DNA of 64,000 nucleotides from Candidatus Eremiobacteria bacterium (GTDB taxonomy: Bacteria > Vulcanimicrobiota > Vulcanimicrobiia > Vulcanimicrobiales > Vulcanimicrobiaceae): positions 64,001-128,000 of the forward strand of contig CAVWUU010000003.1 of the NCBI GenBank assembly GCA_963758295.1, written 5' to 3'. The translations under genes and the position numbers were made by a program. This document shows positions 11,120 through 20,036 of the stretch, in pieces (positions within the stretch are counted from its first letter, which is position 1; each line of letters opens with the position of its first letter). Below the pieces are notes generated by a model, which did no database searches, was not told the origin of the DNA, and saw nothing but the letters and a program-made list of their open reading frames with translations.

Positions 11120-11677
11120 ATGCAAAACGACATGAATTCATTGCCCACTCGCGGCAACGATGCCGTTGAAATTCTAGTAAACGATCACCAGACCATCAAG
11201 AGCCTGCTCAGTGCGCTCACTTCGGATTCGTTTCAACAGCAACAAGCGACGTTGGAAAGCTTGAAAGCTGCCCTGACGATCCACAACGCGACCGAAGAGA
11301 ACCTTGTCTATCCCGCATTACGCGAGGTCGCCGGAAAGAAATCAGAGTCGCAACACCTTTATCAGGAGACGGCCGAAGCCGACGTACTGGTCTTCCAGCT
11401 CGACACGATGATCAAAACCGGGAATATCGACGAATTCCAAACCACGGCGAAAAAACTGCAGAAGGCCGTGCTCGAACACATTGAAGATGAAGAGCAGAAA
11501 GCTTTTCCGGCGCTGCAACAACGCGCCGATGGAAGCCAAGCCCGGATGCTCACCGACGCGGTTCGGCAATTCCGCGGCTCGCTTCACATGAAGGGCCAAA
11601 TGCCCTCCACGCAGGGCCGCATGGAAACCGGAGAAATCGCCGACACGAAGACGCAGCAAGGCTCAAGGATGAAGTGA
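11120..11677 (+). CDS. Hemerythrin/HHE cation-binding domain protein
   Basis: DH...HNATEENLVYP...HIEDEEQKAFP. Confidence 0.85.
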   Translation: MQNDMNSLPTRGNDAVEILVNDHQTIKSLLSALTSDSFQQQQATLESLKAALTIHNATEENLVYPALREVAGKKSESQHLYQETAEADVLVFQLDTMIKTGNIDEFQTTAKKLQKAVLEHIEDEEQKAFPALQQRADGSQARMLTDAVRQFRGSLHMKGQMPSTQGRMETGEIADTKTQQGSRMK

Positions 11678-11713
11678 CCGATTCTTAGTCGGATGCTCTT
11701 TAACCGAAAAATG

Positions 11714-11744
11714 GCTCTCCGGTTTTTCGACCGGGGAGCTTTTT
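11714..11744 (+). terminator. Intrinsic terminator
   Basis: GCTCTCCGGT...ACCGGGGAGC followed by TTTTT. Confidence 0.7.
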
Positions 11745-11824
11745 ATCTCCAAACGCCGTTCGTGGAAGCATCCAAGTCCCACTTCGCCCGTCCCTAAAAG
11801 CCCAACGTCGCTTTACACGTTGCT

Positions 11825-11852
11825 AAATCCATACGAAGTCCCGCGCCGTTGG
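11825..11852 (+). promoter_or_regulatory. Predicted ECF promoter, copy 1
   Basis: AAATCC-N16-CGTTGG; same motif recurs at 14803, 17217 and 18782 (minus). Confidence 0.7.
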
Positions 11853-11928
11853 CGCAGTATCGGAATGGCGGATCGCCGGGTGTCGCGTCCAGCCGTATTC
11901 CGCGCAAGTCGTCTTTGGAGCAGCATCT

Positions 11929-12687
11929 ATGAAAACGCGAATACTTGGCGGTGTCGCGATGCTCGCATCTCTTGTTTTTGCCTTTGCGCTATATTCGAAC
12001 CATGCGGCAAAAGCTTCCGATCATCAGGACTCCCCAGTAACGCTGGGACGTCCCGGAGCAGACATCACCGACCCGTATATTTTTCCGGCACCCGATAATC
12101 CCAACAACGTCGTCCTCGTAATGAACGTTCATCCCCTCATTCCGAGCGGTCAAGGGCTTTCGACGTCTTTTGATCCCGGCGTTATCTATCAAATGAACTT
12201 CGACGGCGAATCAGAGAATACGAACGTCCCCGCGCAAGACGTCAACCAATCGTTCGTCATTCAGTTGGTGGCCGGCGCGCCCGGTGCCAATCAACCGATC
12301 TACATCAACGGTCCGGCACATCCCGCATCGCTGGGAAATGAGGCGACGCTGTTGCCGATGACCGGGCAAGGAACGATCAATAAATCGTTCACTGCCGGGC
12401 ACATGCAGATCTTTGCGGGTGCTCGAGAAGATCCGTTCTTCTTCGATCTCGCCCAATTTTTCAAGATTTTGCCCGATCGCATGGGCGGAAATCCCGCGCC
12501 GAGCTGTCTCCCCAAACTCGGCACGGGCTCTTGTTCCCAAGGTTTCAACAATCCCGGACAAGATTTTCTGGGCGGTTTCAACGTGCTTTCGATTGTCATC
12601 GAGATGCCGCGCGCCGACCTGATAGCGGGCTGCAATGGCCCCAAGATTGCATACTGGGTCACGACGTACACGTCGTCGGGAAGCTAG
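11929..12687 (+). CDS. DUF4331 family secreted protein, N-terminal-half type
   Basis: Signal peptide ending AKA, then SDHQDSP; DITD; FDP..IYQ; FAGAREDPFFFD; GFNVLSIVIE. Confidence 0.8.
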   Translation: MKTRILGGVAMLASLVFAFALYSNHAAKASDHQDSPVTLGRPGADITDPYIFPAPDNPNNVVLVMNVHPLIPSGQGLSTSFDPGVIYQMNFDGESENTNVPAQDVNQSFVIQLVAGAPGANQPIYINGPAHPASLGNEATLLPMTGQGTINKSFTAGHMQIFAGAREDPFFFDLAQFFKILPDRMGGNPAPSCLPKLGTGSCSQGFNNPGQDFLGGFNVLSIVIEMPRADLIAGCNGPKIAYWVTTYTSSGS

Positions 12688-12694
12688 GTGAATC

Positions 12695-13418
12695 GTGAAA
12701 TACGAATGGAACGCACGCGTATTAGTAATCCTAGGTGCATTACTGCTCGCCTCGTGCGGCGGCGGAGCCGGCGGACCCGCAAACAATAACGGCACGGGCC
12801 TCCCGGCTCCCGGCACGCCGTCGAATGCTAACCCCGAAATTTCCTCGGTCGGTGCGGGGCCGTACAAACAGCTGGATCGTTTGAATCGTCCGGCCGTAAA
12901 CGAAGTGTTTGCAACGTTTGCGGAGCATCAGGGGAACAATACCGATACGCCAAACGATGATGCGAAGATGCTTGGCCCGCAAATCATGGCGTTCATGACG
13001 AACGTCGGCGGCCGCAGCACCTCAATCGCATCGGTCGAGCGAGCCGTACTCACGCCTGACGTGCAAATAGCCGACTTGTCGGGAACGCAGCAACGCTTGC
13101 ATCGGCAAAGCCCCGGGGACGTGCAACAATTATCTTGGCGTCGAGACGAAGGGCGCAACCCAAATGCCGGCTGGATTGAAACCATTCGGTGGCCGTGCTC
13201 TTACCGACGATATCGTTTCCATCTCTCTCGGAACGATCTTCGGAAATACCATTCCGGCTCTGAAACTCGCGCCTGACGACAACAAGGAATCGGACGGACG
13301 CGCCGATGCGTCGTTTCCGTCCGGACATCGTCCCAACCTCACAACCGATAACGTCACCTGGCAAACGGCCCCGAAGCACTTCACCACGACGTTCCCCTAC
13401 CTTGGAGCACCGCGGTAA
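12695..13418 (+). CDS. DUF4331 C-terminal-half lipoprotein (frameshift near 13088)
   Basis: Lipobox LASC; QLDRLNRPAVNE; after the shift YLGVETKG, FGGRALTDD, FPYLGAP, matching the C-half of 17253..18530. Confidence 0.75.
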
Positions 13419-13420
13419 CA

Positions 13421-14776
13421 GTGCCCTTTCCGTTTCGCGGACGGTTAGCCGTAGCGGCGATTGCAGTTGGAGCAATCGCCGCATGGCCTCTCGTGAACGC
13501 CCATCGGCCCGCTGCTCCGGGAGCCTACGTTGCGCCCGTAGTTGCGGATTACGCGCAGCGGGACAAGACGATCGCCTTTTATGAGGCACGCGTTCGCGAA
13601 CATCCGCAAGACCAGATCAGCGCGAAGCTGCTCGCAGCGCAGTACATGCAGCGGTATCGGGAAGATCTAGACGTAGGCGATATCTTACGCGCCCTTCGCG
13701 AGGCTCAACTCTCCTTGAAGTTGCAGCCTCAAAACAATGCGGCGGCAAGCGAAATCGCTGCATCGGGCTATACGGCTCTCCATGAATTTAGAACGGCGTT
13801 GCGCTATGAAAAAGCGGCGCTTGCAGATCAGCCCGACGACTCCAACGCTCCCGCTCAAATGGCATCTCTCGAAATGGAGTTGGGGAATTATCAAGCCGCG
13901 TCGCGCGATTTGCGCCTCGCCTCGCACATTCGGAACACGTCGACCGTTATGGCCGTCCAAGCCCGTTACGATGAACTAACGGGGCGGCTTCCGGAAGCGC
14001 GCCGTTTAATTGCCGGAGCCTCCGCGCAGGTAGATGCGGTCGTCGACAACTCCGCTCAAGGGCGAGCTTGGTACCATTTTCGCGCGGGCGAACTGGCCTT
14101 CTCGGATGGCGACATAGACGAGGCGAAGGCGCAAGAGCGAACCGCACTTGCAGAGTTTCCCAATTTTGAAATGGCGTACCGGGCGCTGGCGCGCTTCTGC
14201 TGGGCGACAAAGGATTGGCCGTGCGCCTTGGATGCGGGATCGAAGGCTGCGGCGATCGTTCCCGAACCCGAAGCTCTAGGCTATGAAGCCGATGCGCAAG
14301 CCGCGCTTGGGCAGAGCGCCGAAGCCGACCGTACGCGCTCGCTGATTTTTGCCGTAGAAAAAATCGGCAACGCTTATCATCTGAACGATCGTCTTCTCGC
14401 CGTTTATTACTCAGAACATAAACTGCGCCAAGAAGACGCCTTACATATCGCCGAGCGGGAAGTGCGCGTTCGCGGAAACGAGATCTACGCTCAAGACACC
14501 CTTGCATGGGCGGCGGCGGCCGACGGAAAGTGGGGTCTAGCACGCCGCGCTGCTCGCAGCGCCACGCGATTCAACACGCAAGACCCGCGAATCGACTATC
14601 ACGCCGCGATTATCGCCCTGCATTTCGGCCACTCCGCCCAAGCACGGAGTCTCCTGAACGCGGCGCTGGCTAGAAATTCAGCCTTCGACCCGTTCTACGC
14701 AGACAGCGCGCGACTCACGCTGGCATCATTGCGTAGAAGCGAGCACGATCGTGTGCTTTTAACCGCTTGGCCGTAA
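13421..14776 (+). CDS. Tetratricopeptide repeat protein, exported
   Basis: N-terminal hydrophobic segment, repeated Ala-rich helical TPR units, DTLAWA..YHA motif. Confidence 0.8.
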   Translation: MPFPFRGRLAVAAIAVGAIAAWPLVNAHRPAAPGAYVAPVVADYAQRDKTIAFYEARVREHPQDQISAKLLAAQYMQRYREDLDVGDILRALREAQLSLKLQPQNNAAASEIAASGYTALHEFRTALRYEKAALADQPDDSNAPAQMASLEMELGNYQAASRDLRLASHIRNTSTVMAVQARYDELTGRLPEARRLIAGASAQVDAVVDNSAQGRAWYHFRAGELAFSDGDIDEAKAQERTALAEFPNFEMAYRALARFCWATKDWPCALDAGSKAAAIVPEPEALGYEADAQAALGQSAEADRTRSLIFAVEKIGNAYHLNDRLLAVYYSEHKLRQEDALHIAEREVRVRGNEIYAQDTLAWAAAADGKWGLARRAARSATRFNTQDPRIDYHAAIIALHFGHSAQARSLLNAALARNSAFDPFYADSARLTLASLRRSEHDRVLLTAWP

Positions 14777-14802
14777 GGAAGCAGAAGGTTCTTTGAAACA
14801 TA

Positions 14803-14830
14803 AAATCCATTGGCCCCAGTTCGCCGTTGA
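14803..14830 (+). promoter_or_regulatory. Predicted ECF promoter, copy 2
   Basis: AAATCC-N16-CGTTGA, upstream of GGAGGAG and TTG 14871. Confidence 0.7.
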
Positions 14831-14870
14831 AGCGTTAAAAGCTGAAGTAAGAAACGAACGGAGGAGCGGT

Positions 14871-16400
14871 TTGCGCGGACGGATTGCACGTTGGCTTTTC
14901 GGTATCGCGTTTGCGGTTGCGAATGCGACCGGCGTTGCCGCGGCACATCCGCTAGGAAACTTCACGATCAATCACCTCGTAAAAGTTCAGCCGTCCCAAA
15001 AGGCCCTAAAGCTGCGTTACGTGCTCGACATCGCGGAAATTCCAACTTTTCAGATTATGCGCGGGACCTCGGCCGGTGCGCTTTGGAATGCGGCGCAACT
15101 CGATGCGTGGGGGAGCTCTGAAGTTCCGGCGGTCACGAGTGGACTCCATGTTCAGGTAGACGGTTCTCCGGTGGTCCTGAGCCTTTTGAGGCGGAACGAG
15201 AAGCTGCGCCCGGGCGCGGGAGGCCTGCCGATTCTTTATTGGACCGCGGATTTCACGGCGCCTTTGGCACCCGGAACGCATCGCGTGAACATCGATGACG
15301 GCGTATACAACGACCACCGGATCGGGTGGAAAGATATCGTGGTTTCGCCCCAAACGGAACCCACGCACGAACTGCTTCGATATCCGAGCGCGCTGATCGG
15401 TTCGCCGCGCCACGTAACGAGCGTTTCATTCGACATTTCGGCCGGCGGGGCGGCGCAGTCGATCGTCGCTTCGACAGACGGCCTTCCCGACGTGAACGGA
15501 TCGGCCTCAATCGTTCGTTCCAACGCGCTTTCCGATATGTTTTCCAACGGAAATCGTACGCCGGTCTTCGTGCTGCTAACCGTTCTCGTCGCCTTTGGCT
15601 TAGGCGCGTTGCACGCGATAGAACCGGGTCATGGAAAAGCGCTCCTGGCGTTCACGCTCGTTGGATCGCGCGCTACCGTGAAGCAGGCAACAATCCTCGC
15701 AGCGTCCTTGACGTTCGCGCATACGGCCGGCGTATTGGTCTTGGGAATCGTGCTGTTCTTCGCTGCCGGCTTCGTTTCGGAATCGATCTATCCGTGGATT
15801 ACGTTGCTTTCGGGCGTTGCGGTGGCTATCATCGGAGCGCGAAATCTTTCGCGTTATTTGAGAGCGTGTAGCCTGCACGCTCACGCGGCCGGGCACCTTC
15901 ACTCTCACGGTTTTACCGACGACCACCATCATGGTGAAGAAGACCACGGACATTCGCACGCCGTTCCGGGAACGGGGCCGATTGATTTTAGAGGCGCAGT
16001 CGTGGCGGCGATGAGCGGCGGCGTTGCGCCTTGTCCGGCTGCAATCGTCGTGATGTTGGCAGCGTTGCGTCTGCACCAACTGGGATACGGCCTGTTGCTG
16101 ATCGTCGTCTTTAGCCTTGGTCTTGCCTCGGTACTCACGGCGCTTGGGATCGCCGTGGTGCACGGGTCGGCGTTCGTAACGAAAAGCGGGAAATTCGATC
16201 GCCTCGTTTCGGCGGGACCGTTGCTTTCGGCGGCCCTGATCTCGATAGTCGGCGCCGTTATGGTCGGCCAAGGATTCGTCGCTCAGGGCGTTCGAGCTCC
16301 TGTGTGGATTCTCGCCGGACTGGTCGCTTTGGCAATCGCCGGATACGGCCTTGCGCCGCAACACAATCACTCGCACGCGCCGGAGCAGCAGCCCGTATGA
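14871..16400 (+). CDS. RcnA/NicO-family Ni/Co transporter fused to an N-terminal extracytoplasmic domain
   Basis: Signal peptide ending AAA, then HPLGNF; LHAIEPGHGK; His-rich loop; PCPAA; SD GGAGGAG at 14860-14866 supports this start. Confidence 0.82.
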   Translation: MRGRIARWLFGIAFAVANATGVAAAHPLGNFTINHLVKVQPSQKALKLRYVLDIAEIPTFQIMRGTSAGALWNAAQLDAWGSSEVPAVTSGLHVQVDGSPVVLSLLRRNEKLRPGAGGLPILYWTADFTAPLAPGTHRVNIDDGVYNDHRIGWKDIVVSPQTEPTHELLRYPSALIGSPRHVTSVSFDISAGGAAQSIVASTDGLPDVNGSASIVRSNALSDMFSNGNRTPVFVLLTVLVAFGLGALHAIEPGHGKALLAFTLVGSRATVKQATILAASLTFAHTAGVLVLGIVLFFAAGFVSESIYPWITLLSGVAVAIIGARNLSRYLRACSLHAHAAGHLHSHGFTDDHHHGEEDHGHSHAVPGTGPIDFRGAVVAAMSGGVAPCPAAIVVMLAALRLHQLGYGLLLIVVFSLGLASVLTALGIAVVHGSAFVTKSGKFDRLVSAGPLLSAALISIVGAVMVGQGFVAQGVRAPVWILAGLVALAIAGYGLAPQHNHSHAPEQQPV

Positions 16401-17195
16401 TTTTTACGAATGCTTTTACGGTTTACGCTCTTGGGCTGCGGCATGGCGCTGATCCCGACCATTTGGCGGCGATCGATAACTTGACTCGTAACTCTCTGAC
16501 GCGCGCGCCGAAGATCTCGCGGTTCATAGGGGCGCTTTTTGCGGGCGGCCATAGCGTCATGGTTCTTGCCATTGCAGCGCTTGTGGGCTACCTTGGCACT
16601 CGGTTCGTCGCGCAAGGCGCTGCAATCGAGAAAGCCGGCACGTGGATTTCCATTGTCGTACTTATCGCCATTGCCGCTAATCAATATCCGGCAATTGCGG
16701 AAGGGGCAAAACGATCGCGTATTCGGCCTCAAAACGCGGCTAATGCCGCGCGCGTTACGCAACGGAACATCGCCCTGGCTGGCGGTGCCGGTCGGACTGC
16801 TTTTTGGATTCGGATTCGAAACCTCCAGTCAAATCGCGACTTATGCAGTGGCGTTTGCGGCTGACGCGGGCGTTGCGGGCGCGCTTGTCGTCGGCTCGAT
16901 GTTTTGCGCGGGGATGGTATGCACCGATACCCTGGATTCACTCTTCATCCATCGTATCGTCTCGTATCGGGCCGGGGACTTGCCGCGTCTTATGCGGGTT
17001 TGGATCTGGTCCGTAACGCTTTTCGCCATCGCGGTTGCGGCGTATGAGCTTGCGCAAGTTCTCGGTTGGAAGCCGCCCGTATCCGATCTAACCGTTAGCA
17101 TTGTCTTAGTCTCATCGCTGGCGGCCGTTTTTGCGTGGATTTTTATGGCAACGCGATCTTCCGCCGGTACCGAACCGCAATTGGAGCATACGTAA
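16397..17195 (+). CDS. HoxN/NixA (NiCoT) high-affinity Ni/Co permease (frameshift near 16679)
   Basis: GLRHGADPDHLAAIDN, FAGGHS and LFGFGFETSSQ NiCoT signatures. Confidence 0.88.
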
Positions 17196-17216
17196 AGCAA
17201 ATGGCGATAGGCGAGG

Positions 17217-17244
17217 AAATCCGCTGACGTCGCCTCCGCGTTGA
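17217..17244 (+). promoter_or_regulatory. Predicted ECF promoter, copy 3 (near-leaderless transcript)
   Basis: AAATCC-N16-CGTTGA ending 8 nt before ATG 17253. Confidence 0.7.
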
Positions 17245-17252
17245 ACGACATC

Positions 17253-18530
17253 ATGAAAAAATACTACTCGGCAATTTTAGGCGCCGCGGTAATGATGCTC
17301 CTCGGCGTCGTTGCGGCACTTTACGGCGCAACTTTCACCCGTGCTTCCGATCATCAGGATTCACCGCTCACGGTGGGGCGGCCGGGAGCCGATATCACCG
17401 ACGTTTTCCTTTTCCCGGCTGCAAATCCGAAAAACGTGGTGCTTGCGATGGACGTGCACCCGTTGATCCCTGCCGGACTGAGCGATTCCGCGGCCTTCGA
17501 TCCTTCGGTAATGTATCAATTCAAAATCGATACGGCGGGAAGCTACCGGGAAAATAAAGTTATTCAGTTTCGCGCGGTCGGCGCAGGGGCCGCGCAGTAC
17601 CTTCAAATGTACGGACCGGCGGCGCCTGTTATGGCCGGAACAGCATCGCGCTGGGTAGGCTCGCCGCAAACGATCGCATTGAACCGTGTAACGCGATTGC
17701 CCGGCGGCATCAGCGTTTTTGCCGGTCCTCGACGGGAACCGTTTTATTTCGATTTGGCGCAGTTCTTCAAGATCGTGCCGGATAGAAACTTCAAAAGTCA
17801 GCCGCATCCGCCGATTGCTACGGCCAATTGTTTTCGAAAGCCGGATGTCGATTTCTTCCGAAATTACAACGTCCTTGCGCTGGCAGTGGAATTGCCGCGG
17901 ACCATGTTGGCTGCGCCGAGCGGCAAACTTGGGGTAATTCACCTGTATACTACGACCTCGCTTTCGCAGGGCTCGGGCGAATACGAACAGGTGGAACGTT
18001 TAGGGCGTCCGGCCATCAAAGAAACCTTCGAAACGTTCTCTGATCACGATGCCAGCAATCGCCGTTCGCCGTGGAATGACTCGGAGTTATCGCATTCGAT
18101 CGTCGCGTTTATGACGGCGCCTTCGCCGAATGGCGCGGGACGATCGCGTGAACTTGCCTCTGCGGTAGAAAAAGTGCTGATACCGGACGAACTCACGGCC
18201 GACCTTAGCGCACCCGGGCCGGCTGCCTATTTGGCTGTCGAAACGAAGGGCAAAAGCGCGCTCCCGACCGGCATCGTTCGTGTCGTACCGGAGGCCGGGC
18301 TTAAAGGCCTCAAAAAGTCGATTGCCAACAGGTCGCGCGATTTCGGCGGTCGAGATCTTTCGAGCCCCGTGATCGATCTTTCGCTCGGCGTAATTTTTGG
18401 TTCGCTCGGTCAAAAAGTTGGACTGGCAAAAGATGACGGGAAAGAAACCGCCTGTCTCACGAGCGACAACGTCGATGCAGGCTCTCGAGGCATTACTACC
18501 TCATTTCCGTATTACGGAGCGCCGATCTAA
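17253..18530 (+). CDS. Full-length DUF4331 family secreted protein
   Basis: Signal peptide ending TRA, then SDHQDSP; DITD; FAGPRREPFYFD; QVERLGRPAIKE; FGGR; FPYYGAP. Confidence 0.85.
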   Translation: MKKYYSAILGAAVMMLLGVVAALYGATFTRASDHQDSPLTVGRPGADITDVFLFPAANPKNVVLAMDVHPLIPAGLSDSAAFDPSVMYQFKIDTAGSYRENKVIQFRAVGAGAAQYLQMYGPAAPVMAGTASRWVGSPQTIALNRVTRLPGGISVFAGPRREPFYFDLAQFFKIVPDRNFKSQPHPPIATANCFRKPDVDFFRNYNVLALAVELPRTMLAAPSGKLGVIHLYTTTSLSQGSGEYEQVERLGRPAIKETFETFSDHDASNRRSPWNDSELSHSIVAFMTAPSPNGAGRSRELASAVEKVLIPDELTADLSAPGPAAYLAVETKGKSALPTGIVRVVPEAGLKGLKKSIANRSRDFGGRDLSSPVIDLSLGVIFGSLGQKVGLAKDDGKETACLTSDNVDAGSRGITTSFPYYGAPI

Positions 18531-18539
18531 GCGCGCATT

Positions 18540-18746
18540 TTAGCGGCTGCGCCGCAGTGCGCTCCCTTGCGATCGCAGCCGCCGCGCGATTTCGTCGTCG
18601 TCGAAGCGCTCGAGAAAGTCCTCGATGGCTGCTTCGGCGAGCGCCGACACGGAAACGGCATGCGTTGCTTTGAACGCGGTAAGCCGGCCGGCAAGGCGAT
18701 GTGGGATCGTGATCGTTAGACGTTTGAGGGACACCCGGGCTCTCAT
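18540..18746 (-). CDS. Small ribbon-helix-helix (CopG/MetJ-like) DNA-binding protein
   Basis: KRLTITIP strand, helix, SVSALAEAAIEDFL; preceded by the ECF promoter motif. Confidence 0.65.
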   Translation of the reverse strand: MRARVSLKRLTITIPHRLAGRLTAFKATHAVSVSALAEAAIEDFLERFDDDEIARRLRSQGSALRRSR

Positions 18747-18754
18747 TACGAGTC

Positions 18755-18782
18755 TTAACGAACGGCGTCGTCTTTCAGATTT
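18755..18782 (-). promoter_or_regulatory. Predicted ECF promoter, copy 4
   Basis: Minus strand AAATCT-N16-CGTTAA ending 8 nt before ATG 18746. Confidence 0.6.
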
Positions 18783-18819
18783 ACTTGCTAATCATACGAA
18801 ACCCGGGTATTAAAACTCG

Positions 18820-19362
18820 GTGAGCGCCGTTGCGGAGATCAAAGACGACTTCGAGCTTTTCTACCGGCAATATCGGCCGCTCGTTTATGCCGTCGCTTTC
18901 AAAATCGTCCGAAACGCGCTTGACGCTGAAGACACCGTGCAAACGGTCTTCCTTAAAGTATGGAGCCGGCCCGGCGCATATCGCGGAGGAAACATCGAGA
19001 GCTGGCTCACTACGGTTACGAAGAACGCTTCGCTCGATTGCGTGCGACAATCGTGGCGTGTGAGCCCGTTCGCCTCTGCCGATGGGTATGCTGGCCGCCT
19101 TTCGCCGGGCGAAGACCTCCGGACCCGCGACTGCCGGGCGGCGGAAGATGAGGCCGTGCATCGCATCTCGGTCGCCGCGGTAATGAATGCCCTTGCGGAC
19201 CTCTGTCCCGAACAACGCGCCGCGATTGTAGCGGCCTTTGTGAAACAACAAACCCACCGGGGCATAGCCGACGGATCTTGTTTACCGCTCGGAACCGTGA
19301 AGACGCGCATTCGTTCGGGACTCGCGAAGCTGCGCCGTCGCTTCTCCGAAGAAGCGCCATAA
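18820..19362 (+). CDS. ECF sigma factor (SigK-like)
   Basis: Region 2 DAEDTVQTVFLKVW..SWL..N..D; region 4 LPLGTVKTRIRSGL. Confidence 0.92.
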   Translation: MSAVAEIKDDFELFYRQYRPLVYAVAFKIVRNALDAEDTVQTVFLKVWSRPGAYRGGNIESWLTTVTKNASLDCVRQSWRVSPFASADGYAGRLSPGEDLRTRDCRAAEDEAVHRISVAAVMNALADLCPEQRAAIVAAFVKQQTHRGIADGSCLPLGTVKTRIRSGLAKLRRRFSEEAP

Positions 19363-19368
19363 AAAGCG

Positions 19369-19393
19369 AAGGCGATCGCTCTGCGATCGCCTT
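19369..19393. terminator. Bidirectional intrinsic terminator
   Basis: Perfect 11-bp stem AAGGCGATCGC-TCT-GCGATCGCCTT between convergent genes. Confidence 0.8.
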
Positions 19394-19418
19394 TCACTAT
19401 CCCGACGGTGTTGTGGCG

Positions 19419-19934
19419 TTAGGCCTTCTTGCGACGGCCGCCGCGCGCGGCTTTTTTACGGCCTCCTGCGGCTTTACGCGTCGTTGCCTTTTTGCGTCCG
19501 CCGGTTGCCTTACGCGTCGTCTTCTTGCGTCCGCCGGTGGACTTTTTACGTCCGCCTGCCGCTTTTTTGCGTCCTGCGGTTTTCTTGCGTCCGCCGGTCG
19601 CCTTTTTGCGGCCGCCCGTCGACTTCTTGCGTCCTGCGGTCTTCTTTCTTCCGCCGGCTGCCTTTTTGCGTCCGCCGGTCGACTTCTTGCGTCCTGCGGT
19701 TTTTTTGCGTCCGCCGGTCGCCTTTTTCCGTCCGCCGGCGGCTTTCTTACGTCCGCCTGCGGCTTTACGTCCAGCGGTTTTCTTGCGTGCGCCGGTGGCT
19801 TTTTTACGGCCGCCCGTCGATTTGCGTCCTGCGGTTTTCTTACGTCCGCCGGCTGATTTGCGGCGGCTCGATTTGCGGCGCGTTCCGGATTCTTCGGCCA
19901 TCGTGCCACCGTTCATCATGGTATCGGAGTCCAT
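19419..19934 (-). CDS. Histone H1/Hc2-like basic repeat protein (13 GGRKK units)
   Basis: SD GAGGAGG 5 nt before ATG, sigma70 promoter upstream, terminator downstream; body made only of G,R,K,A,T,S. Confidence 0.8.
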   Translation of the reverse strand: MDSDTMMNGGTMAEESGTRRKSSRRKSAGGRKKTAGRKSTGGRKKATGARKKTAGRKAAGGRKKAAGGRKKATGGRKKTAGRKKSTGGRKKAAGGRKKTAGRKKSTGGRKKATGGRKKTAGRKKAAGGRKKSTGGRKKTTRKATGGRKKATTRKAAGGRKKAARGGRRKKA

Positions 19935-20004
19935 TCATTCCTCCTCGTCCCCCGGGGGACGAACAGCATTAATTATTGGACAGCGCAAAATGCGCTTTAA
20001 GCGC

Positions 20005-20033
20005 ACTATAAAGGATTTTTGCAAATCATGCAA
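20005..20033 (-). promoter_or_regulatory. Sigma70-type promoter of the histone-like gene
   Basis: Minus strand TTGCAT-N17-TATAGT. Confidence 0.7.
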
Positions 20034-20036
20034 ATC

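Noticed and set aside
14793..14870. ORF-track start of the RcnA-like transporter at 14793
   Set aside because: This stretch holds the ECF promoter motif; the SD and signal peptide favour TTG 14871
19430..19870. CRISPR-like array
   Set aside because: The 18-21-nt units are codon-phased coding repeats with no unique spacers, and there are no cas genes
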